Assembly (NCBI GenBank): GCA_029936675.1
Contig: JAPYSB010000002.1
Location: 194,294-258,293 of the forward strand
Source: Dehalococcoidia bacterium
Lineage (GTDB): Bacteria; Chloroflexota; Dehalococcoidia; Lucifugimonadales; UBA826
Length of the DNA stretch: 64,000 nt
Direction of reading: 5' to 3'
The notes beneath the pieces are model-generated. The model was not told the DNA's origin. It did not search any database and was given only the letters and a program-made list of their open reading frames with translations. A program made the position numbers and the translations under genes. Numbering within the stretch: position 1 is the first letter of the stretch; each line of letters opens with the position of its first letter. Shown here in pieces: positions 57,438 through 64,000 of this stretch.

Positions 57438-58652
57438 TTACACCTGAACATCCATTTCTGAAGCTACAGTTTCCATATCTTTGTCTCCGCGACCAGACAG
57501 TCCCATTACAATAATCTGATCTTTCTTCAAGGTAGGTGCCAACTGGGAGACATAATATATGGCATGCGCCGGTTCCAAGGCCGGAATTATTCCTTCTAAT
57601 TCACACATCAGTTTAAATCCTTCCAAAGCTTGCGAATCATCCACACTGACGTAAGATGCCCTTTGGCTATCATTAAGCCAGCTATGTTCAGGGCCTACTC
57701 CTGGGTAATCTAACCCTGCAGATATACTGTGGGTTTCTATAATCTGTCCATCGTCATTTTGTATGAGATAGGACATGCTTCCATGTAACACCCCTACAGA
57801 TCCAGCTGAAATTGTAGCCGCGTGTCTACCAGATTCAATACCTTCTCCTCCTGCTTCCACCCCCACTAAGTTCACTTCCTCATCACCAATGAAATCATAA
57901 AATAATCCCATAGCGTTACTCCCACCACCAACACAGGCTATTAGATAATTGGGCAGTTTCCCCGTCTGCTCTAAAATTTGCTTCCTAGTTTCTAACCCTA
58001 TAATTCTCTGGAAGTCACGCACTATCATAGGATAAGGATGGGGACCAACAACGCTTCCTATCAGATAATAGGAATCATTTACATTTGTTACCCAATCTCG
58101 CATCGCTTCGTTAATCGCATCCTTAAGAGTTTTGCTACCGGAATCCACAGAAATAACTTCGGCCCCTAACAACTTCATTCGGAAAACGTTTAATGCCTGC
58201 CTTCTTATATCCTCCTCCCCCATATAAACAACACAATCTAATCCCAATTTTGCACACACAGTTGCCGTTGCCACCCCGTGCTGCCCTGCTCCTGTTTCAG
58301 CTATTATCCTGGTTTTCCCCATTTTCTTAGCTAAAAGACCTTGACCCAATGCATTATTAATTTTATGTGCACCTGTGTGGGCTAAATCTTCCCTTTTAAG
58401 AAAAATTTTTGCACCTCCAAATCTTTCGGTAAGGTTTGAGGCAAAATAGAGCTCAGTAGGCCTACCAACAAAATTTATCAGTAATTCGGATAGTTCTGCC
58501 TGGAATTTATCGTCGATTTGTACTTGTCGATACGACTCTTCCAATTCGTTTATAGCTGGCATTAAAGTTTCAGGGACGTATTTGCCACCAAACTGGCCAT
58601 ATCGGCCTGACTGGTCGGGAAGATTATTTGTTGACGTCATCAATACTCTCAA
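57438..58652 (-). CDS. trpB: tryptophan synthase beta chain
   Basis: [15 protein letters not shown], the PLP lysine motif [16 protein letters not shown], and GGGSNAMG. No trpA on either side. Confidence 0.95.
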   Translation of the reverse strand: MRVLMTSTNNLPDQSGRYGQFGGKYVPETLMPAINELEESYRQVQIDDKFQAELSELLINFVGRPTELYFASNLTERFGGAKIFLKREDLAHTGAHKINNALGQGLLAKKMGKTRIIAETGAGQHGVATATVCAKLGLDCVVYMGEEDIRRQALNVFRMKLLGAEVISVDSGSKTLKDAINEAMRDWVTNVNDSYYLIGSVVGPHPYPMIVRDFQRIIGLETRKQILEQTGKLPNYLIACVGGGSNAMGLFYDFIGDEEVNLVGVEAGGEGIESGRHAATISAGSVGVLHGSMSYLIQNDDGQIIETHSISAGLDYPGVGPEHSWLNDSQRASYVSVDDSQALEGFKLMCELEGIIPALEPAHAIYYVSQLAPTLKKDQIIVMGLSGRGDKDMETVASEMDVQV

Positions 58653-58792
58653 TATATTCAGTGAACCGAAAATGGAACAGACACCAATTATAGATCAAAT
58701 TATTTGATAAGTAAGCACCCAAACTAACTCAATTAGGGGGTCCAAAAGCTATGCTTGATTGATAGGAAAGGAACATATACGAATATTGAATC

Positions 58793-59611
58793 TCAGCGTT
58801 TAACAGCAATGATGTCAAGCCAATTCCTAGGAACATGGGTAACATTAAGCTCCGAGTAGGTCTGTCTTATTCCTTCCTGCAATGCCGCACTAGCCTCATT
58901 CATCGGAACACCTGGCATTGTGCCTTCAATGAAATCTGAAAAGGTACTTATATCCAACCAACCTTCTATCGGAACCTGTACAGTATCGACTTTTTGCTTG
59001 AGTATGGTGAGTCCGTTTCTCTCCAAGAGATCACTGTACTCCTCAGGAGTTAGTTGCCGCCTTGATTCCACTTTTGCTGCTCTGTTGGGTTTCAACCCAT
59101 ACTCTTTCCTAAGGATCCGAAAAGCCTTGAACATCCATTTACTATAAAAAGCTGAGGACTCTTCATGCTGTCCACCCTCATAAAAAGAAGTATTGAATGC
59201 GAATTTCCCTCCCGTACGTAGGGCTGCTCCAATATCATGAACTACTGCATCTTTATCAGGAAGATAATGAATAGCGTTGCAAAAAACAATGGTGTCTACT
59301 GAACCTTTTACCGCTTCCGACACATTCTCAACACCGCTCTGGACGTATCTGACCGCATTATCAGAAATATCCTTAAGATCTTCCATTGCCGCTTTTAATG
59401 CGGTTTGAGAATGATCCAGTGCTATAACTACTGTATCCCGTGTGCGGTTTATTCTTTCCAAAATAAGGCGGGTTACGCCCCCAGTTCCACAAGCTAGATC
59501 TACAACTCTCAGATCAGACCCAACTTCCGCCATATCCACTAATCTTGCGTTTAACTGGGAGTAGAATTCGTTTTTTGAAAATGTCGAAAAAGAGTAATCA
59601 GATCCACTCAT
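58793..59611 (-). CDS. class I SAM-dependent methyltransferase
   Basis: Motif I VVDLACGTGG, followed by post-I/II motifs. 272 aa. Confidence 0.8.
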   Translation of the reverse strand: MSGSDYSFSTFSKNEFYSQLNARLVDMAEVGSDLRVVDLACGTGGVTRLILERINRTRDTVVIALDHSQTALKAAMEDLKDISDNAVRYVQSGVENVSEAVKGSVDTIVFCNAIHYLPDKDAVVHDIGAALRTGGKFAFNTSFYEGGQHEESSAFYSKWMFKAFRILRKEYGLKPNRAAKVESRRQLTPEEYSDLLERNGLTILKQKVDTVQVPIEGWLDISTFSDFIEGTMPGVPMNEASAALQEGIRQTYSELNVTHVPRNWLDIIAVKR

Positions 59612-59689
59612 ATATCAACCCCATTTCCAGTCTTGTCACTTACCATCGATACCATATGTTTGCTATTGGAAACAAAGTATAACAGCGAC

Positions 59690-61177
59690 TTAACGAGTAC
59701 TGGTAGTTTTCTTTTGCCTAATTGGTTTTTCGGGTCTGAACGCTGTGAAAAGTGCTGCAAATCCGACGATTCCTGTACCAACCCAAAAAGCCCTAGTTAT
59801 GCCTACGGTGAATGCCGTTTTCAGGCCCTCACCGTAGGCTGTAGCCCCAACCGATTCAATGGCGGACAAATCTGGCGGATAATCCATTGAGGCCATAGTG
59901 AAAACCACCAAGGTAGTGCCCATAGCTATTCCAGTCAGGTTACCGGATGTCCTAACCATGTTCAACAGAGCAGAGACAACACCATATCTATTTGATTCCA
60001 CCACGTTCATTACCGCAGTTGTGTTCGGAGAACCAAATATTCCATTTCCGGAGCCTTGTAAAAACATCCCTGTAACGACAATCCAAGGCGAGGAATCGAC
60101 AGTTAATGTGGTATAAACAGCTACCGCAGCCGCCCAACAAACCAGCCCTACGACAGCCGGCCATTTAGTGCCTATTTTGTCAGATAATCTTCCACTAAGC
60201 GGACTCGTTATAGCCATCATAATCGAGCTAGGAGCTAACACTAAAGCAGCCTCTGATTCCTTGAGTCCAATTACTCGTATTAAATAAAAAGGCATTAGGA
60301 AAAAGGCCGAAGACCCCGACATAAAAGCCAAATATCTTGCTGCCATTCCAAGAGAAAATACTGGCACAGAAAAAAGAGACAAATCAACGATTGGGTTCTG
60401 ATTACGTCTTTCCCACCAAATAAACCCGGCTAATGACATGGCCGAAAGCAAGAACCCTACAATCACTAGGGAATTACTCCAGCCTAATCTATAGGAGTAG
60501 GTTAACCCCAATAGAAATAATGCTAATGCCGACGCAGATAAAGCCGCCCCAATCCAATCAAAGGACAAACCTTTTTGGGAGGACGTAAGCTCCTCTTTTT
60601 TCAGTATCTTAAAGGAAAGAACAAAGGCCAGTATTCCAAAAATCAGGATTGCCAAATACATAGACCGCCAGCCAAAAGCACCTATTAGATATCCTCCGAT
60701 AACGGGACCCCCTGTAGCTCCAATCCCAATTATCGTCATATATAATCCGAGAGCTTTCCCCCTCTCGTTCCTAGGAAATGATTCTGCCATCAGAGCCATA
60801 CCATTTGCCTGGATCATAGCTGCACCTAGGCCTTGAAAAGCCTTAGCTGCCAACAAGATAGGTAATATCCCAGATAAATACGCCCCTAGCGCTCCGATCG
60901 AAAATATTGCCAGTCCTGTGCAATAAACACTTTTCCTTCCCACTAGGTCAGACAAACGGCCCATTGGTAGCAAAAGTGAACTTATCGACAACGTATACAG
61001 AAGATATACCCATTGCACAGTCGGTATGTCAGCAGAAAGATCTTCTGCAATCCTCGGCATTGCAATATTTGTCCCTGTTTGATCGGAGACGGTTAAAAAT
61101 GCCCCCACAGCAACGGAGGCATATACCAACCATTTATAGTTTGTAGAAACCGCATTTTTATCGTTATTTACAGTCAA
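59690..61177 (-). CDS. MFS transporter, DHA2 (14-TM, EmrB/QacA-like) family
   Basis: 495 aa with 14 hydrophobic segments. GRLSDLVGRK motif A and a drug:H+ antiporter-like motif C. Confidence 0.85.
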   Translation of the reverse strand: MTVNNDKNAVSTNYKWLVYASVAVGAFLTVSDQTGTNIAMPRIAEDLSADIPTVQWVYLLYTLSISSLLLPMGRLSDLVGRKSVYCTGLAIFSIGALGAYLSGILPILLAAKAFQGLGAAMIQANGMALMAESFPRNERGKALGLYMTIIGIGATGGPVIGGYLIGAFGWRSMYLAILIFGILAFVLSFKILKKEELTSSQKGLSFDWIGAALSASALALFLLGLTYSYRLGWSNSLVIVGFLLSAMSLAGFIWWERRNQNPIVDLSLFSVPVFSLGMAARYLAFMSGSSAFFLMPFYLIRVIGLKESEAALVLAPSSIMMAITSPLSGRLSDKIGTKWPAVVGLVCWAAAVAVYTTLTVDSSPWIVVTGMFLQGSGNGIFGSPNTTAVMNVVESNRYGVVSALLNMVRTSGNLTGIAMGTTLVVFTMASMDYPPDLSAIESVGATAYGEGLKTAFTVGITRAFWVGTGIVGFAALFTAFRPEKPIRQKKTTSTR

Positions 61178-61240
61178 TTAGAGCTCACAGCCAATCGTTT
61201 GTAGCACCCTATGAGGCATTACAAAACAACGAGCAGGTAA

Positions 61241-63121
61241 TTATTTAGCAAATATTTCTGATACTTCGAGATCGAAAACAGCAGGCTGTTGGGTCAATCC
61301 GGTAATTCCAGACACAACAACAGTAACACTATCTAGATTTTTATCATCGCGGATAGAATATCGGGCTTCATTAAAATCATCCAACGTAATTTCATCAACG
61401 CCATATTGACCAGATTTCATCTTTTTTATAACCCGGACAAGAAATTTCTGTTCAAGAGAATCGTCAACCAGTACAAACCCCGAGGAAACCCATTTTAAAT
61501 CCTCTGAAGAAGATGTACGGCTAATTTCAGACAATCTAGCCCCCTTAATAAGCATTCCATCGAGATGAACGGCGGAATCAGTCACATATTGAAATCTCAC
61601 AAGTATTTTTTTATCAGCATAGTCGTCTAAGTGAACAACATGGCTCGTCCAAGGGCTCTGTCCAGAATAGCCATTCCCGTAGTTTGATCCGACGGGATTG
61701 TCTGAAGTTGTGCCCGGAACATTTAAGGTTTCCCAAGTATTGCCTTCATCCAAAGACACAGATAGATACCCGTAGTCCCAACCTTCTTCTATGTCATGCC
61801 ATAGGTCAAAATACAGTGGCGGCGCTTTTTCCCCCGTGAAATCAAGTGACAATGTCAGAGAAGAGTCAATAGAATCTCCTTTGTTTGACCACCAACAATT
61901 TGTGTGACATTCGGTTTTAAAACGATTAACCAAATCATTCCCGTTAAACCAGATATCTATATTCCTTCCGCTCGCTTCAATCTTGAAATACCGAGTTCCG
62001 TATTGGGAAACCTGATAAGTATTTTTTCCGAGTTTTAATTCATCTAGTCCTGACCTCAATTTGAGATTTCGTGTTGGATAAGAATGTTGCCCTGTCTCCG
62101 ATCCCAAATAGTTAGCCAGTACCCATTCGCCAAATTCATGATGGAAATGAGTTCCATTTTTTTCCAACCAATTTTCAACTCCCAAGATCCCATCTAAGGG
62201 TTCCTCTACCAAGCCCCGCAACGACTGGGAACCTCCAAGCCTACCGCTAACAAACTCAAAAAATAATGAGGCGGCCCCATAATGAGCCGGTGTTTTGCTA
62301 GGATCATCCGGCCAGTAATTAAGCTGTGTATCTGGATCGATTAAAAAAAAACTCTCCATGGAAGTTTTATAACCTGCATTTCTTACTGCTAATTCCGCCA
62401 ACCCTTCATCAACCCACGCCTCTTCACCTTGGTCTGCTTCATTGTTGACAAAATGTTGATACTCATGAATTAAGACAGACAGGTACCTATCCGAACCAGG
62501 CTTATTTCTCGCAGGGTCTATATAAACCATTGGGCGTTCGTTACTATTGCTGTGAACCCATTTAGGGTACGAATCAACATCGCTAAAATATCCGGCCGCA
62601 CCATTTAAAGCCGTATTTAGAATAGTCAATTTCGGGGTCTCAAATGTTGCAAAATGATCGGAATGTATCTTCTCCCATTTTGCCGCAACTATGTTGTACA
62701 AGTCCCGGTCGATCTCACTGTTGATATCAGCATACCAATAGGCATTGTCAGTAACATTCAGCAACTCTGCTTCGACTACATAAGACTCTGTCAGAGATAA
62801 ATTGGCAACAGTAAACAATTCTCTCATTCCCACATTGTTGCCTTGATTATTTGGTTTAGTGGACCAAACTTTTTTATCTGGGACGAACCCGTATTGGATG
62901 GCAAGATTTTCAAGATCCCTATCTGGGGGAATTTCCACTAAGGGTGCCCATGTTTCAAGATTTGATGTCACCAAACTCTTATTCTTTACCTTAATATCTG
63001 GCTCAAAAGAAAAGCCTTCTTGGCCACAGGAGACCGTGCCCAACATTAAAAAAATTAGTGAAGCCAGAACGATTAGATAATATCTTTGCGATTGCACCAA
63101 ATAAATCAATCTACCTTGCAA
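61241..63121 (-). CDS. secreted/lipoprotein zinc metalloprotease-like protein (HExxH...E), InhA/M6-like C-terminal region
   Basis: Lipobox LGTVSCG. LIHEYQHFVNN...WVDEGLAE gluzincin-type motif. The C-terminal segment WHDIEEGWDYGYLSVSLDEGNTWETL...ILVRFQYVTDS resembles that of immune-inhibitor-A-type peptidases. TTG start 3 nt after the pth stop. Confidence 0.62.
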   Translation of the reverse strand: MQGRLIYLVQSQRYYLIVLASLIFLMLGTVSCGQEGFSFEPDIKVKNKSLVTSNLETWAPLVEIPPDRDLENLAIQYGFVPDKKVWSTKPNNQGNNVGMRELFTVANLSLTESYVVEAELLNVTDNAYWYADINSEIDRDLYNIVAAKWEKIHSDHFATFETPKLTILNTALNGAAGYFSDVDSYPKWVHSNSNERPMVYIDPARNKPGSDRYLSVLIHEYQHFVNNEADQGEEAWVDEGLAELAVRNAGYKTSMESFFLIDPDTQLNYWPDDPSKTPAHYGAASLFFEFVSGRLGGSQSLRGLVEEPLDGILGVENWLEKNGTHFHHEFGEWVLANYLGSETGQHSYPTRNLKLRSGLDELKLGKNTYQVSQYGTRYFKIEASGRNIDIWFNGNDLVNRFKTECHTNCWWSNKGDSIDSSLTLSLDFTGEKAPPLYFDLWHDIEEGWDYGYLSVSLDEGNTWETLNVPGTTSDNPVGSNYGNGYSGQSPWTSHVVHLDDYADKKILVRFQYVTDSAVHLDGMLIKGARLSEISRTSSSEDLKWVSSGFVLVDDSLEQKFLVRVIKKMKSGQYGVDEITLDDFNEARYSIRDDKNLDSVTVVVSGITGLTQQPAVFDLEVSEIFAK

Positions 63122-63124
63122 CCA

Positions 63125-63706
63125 TCAATTAAACCGGTCCATAGCAACATCAATATTTTCGGTTAGCAAAGTCTCCACACAATCCATTGCATCCGCGACA
63201 CATTTCAAAATGGCCTCTCTTTCAAACATGGTAGGTTTTCCTAACACATACTCGATTTGATCTTCTCCAGTATCAGGGCTTCCCACACCGATTCTTAATC
63301 TAGGAAAATCCTGGGTGTTCAAAGAATTAATTATTGATCGCATGCCATTATGGCCTCCTGCGCTGCCACTTGCTCTTAATCGCATTTTTCCCGCCTCAAT
63401 ATGAATATCGTCATAAATCACGAGAAGTTTTTGTGTTGGAAGTGAATAGCGAGAAAGCAGATACTCCGCAGATTCGCCGCTTAAATTAACATATGTCCTA
63501 GGCTTCGCCACCACTATACTTGTACCACCCAACGACCCTTCTGCCAAAAGTGTGGATTTGTGGTTTCTTTTTAATTTAAGTTTTAACGAGTCAACGATAA
63601 AATCAACCACCCAAAACCCTGCATTATGCCGGGTTTGTTGGTATTTTGGTCCAGGGTTACCTATACCTACAATTAACAGTTGGGGATCATGACGCCCTGT
63701 GTTCAA
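63125..63706 (-). CDS. pth: peptidyl-tRNA hydrolase
   Basis: LIVGIGNPGPKYQQTRHNAGF and GGHNGMRSI motifs. 193 aa. Confidence 0.92.
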   Translation of the reverse strand: MNTGRHDPQLLIVGIGNPGPKYQQTRHNAGFWVVDFIVDSLKLKLKRNHKSTLLAEGSLGGTSIVVAKPRTYVNLSGESAEYLLSRYSLPTQKLLVIYDDIHIEAGKMRLRASGSAGGHNGMRSIINSLNTQDFPRLRIGVGSPDTGEDQIEYVLGKPTMFEREAILKCVADAMDCVETLLTENIDVAMDRFN

Positions 63707-63771
63707 TTAGTCCGTACCTCCAATAAATATTTAAGGAATTTGGTTGATTCTAGCAGTATATTTTCAGAGTT

Positions 63772-64000
63772 TTAGACACCAATAGCCCTATCAAACGCAT
63801 CAATATCATATTTCGCATTTTGCAAAGATGCTCTCGTTATATTTGCTCCTTCAAAATTCGCGCCAGACAAATTTGACCCATTAAAGTTGACTCTGACAAG
63901 AATTGCATTAGAGAAATTCGCATTTTGAGCATTAGCTTTGTGCATATTCGCACCTATTGCTCTCGCTGTACTCTGCCAAGAATTGGAGGCGGCTCCACTT
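63772..64000 (-). CDS. pentapeptide-repeat protein, C-terminal 75 codons (5' end beyond the window)
   Basis: Manual minus-strand translation: ...ANMHKANAQNANFSNAILVRVNFNGSNLSGANFEGANITRASLQNAKYDIDAFDRAIGV*. Consecutive A(N/D)(L/F)xx pentapeptides, stop at 63772-63774. Absent from the ORF track because it is truncated. Confidence 0.6.
   Translation of the reverse strand, partial: SGAASNSWQSTARAIGANMHKANAQNANFSNAILVRVNFNGSNLSGANFEGANITRASLQNAKYDIDAFDRAIGV

Noticed and set aside
58694-58708. 15-bp AT-rich palindrome ATCAAAT-T-ATTTGAT upstream of trpB
   Set aside because: A 7-bp-arm palindrome in AT-rich DNA is expected several times by chance in 64 kb, and it matches no known operator.

Overview
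AT-rich (about 40% GC by eye, not computed), very compact bacterial chromosomal segment. Many genes overlap by 1-4 nt, and three convergent gene pairs have stop codons only 2 nt apart. I support about 66 protein-coding genes and one tRNA-Ser(UGA). I saw no rRNA, CRISPR array, transposase, integrase or phage gene. Content is mostly core metabolism and information processing: ligA (5' truncated), recF, recA-recX, tilS, pth, rpsU, trmL, sucCD, purF-purN-purM-purH, trpB, and an 11-gene nuoABCDHIJKLMN operon with no nuoEFG. It also includes cofD-cofC plus an LLM-type F420 oxidoreductase, two tandem SDR paralogs, a thiolase-like/DUF35 pair, a DUF1537 kinase/class II aldolase pair, GGT and MFS transporters. 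By inference only, the combination of F420 genes, EFG-less complex I, a DUF3090/SCO1664 pair, S21 and many oxidoreductases suggests a marine Chloroflexota (SAR202/Dehalococcoidia-like) genome. The best candidate for an undescribed system is a four-gene cluster at 54042-57451, on the minus strand and tightly coupled downstream of trpB. It encodes exported His- and Cys-rich proteins: a His-rich anchored protein, a FixH/YtkA-like protein, a Cys-less cupredoxin-like lipoprotein, and a 529-aa polytopic protein with a predicted N-terminal His and a 6-Cys loop. The cluster contains a perfect 19-bp inverted repeat at one intercistronic junction. Other points worth a second look are the uncharacterised DUF3090/kinase-like pair, a strong promoter with a ~160-nt structured purF leader, an inverted repeat with LexA-like half sites before recA, an unannotated 44-codon ORF coupled to a JAMM protease gene, and an anomalous 460-bp noncoding gap. 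All family assignments come from reading motifs by eye. No database search was run.
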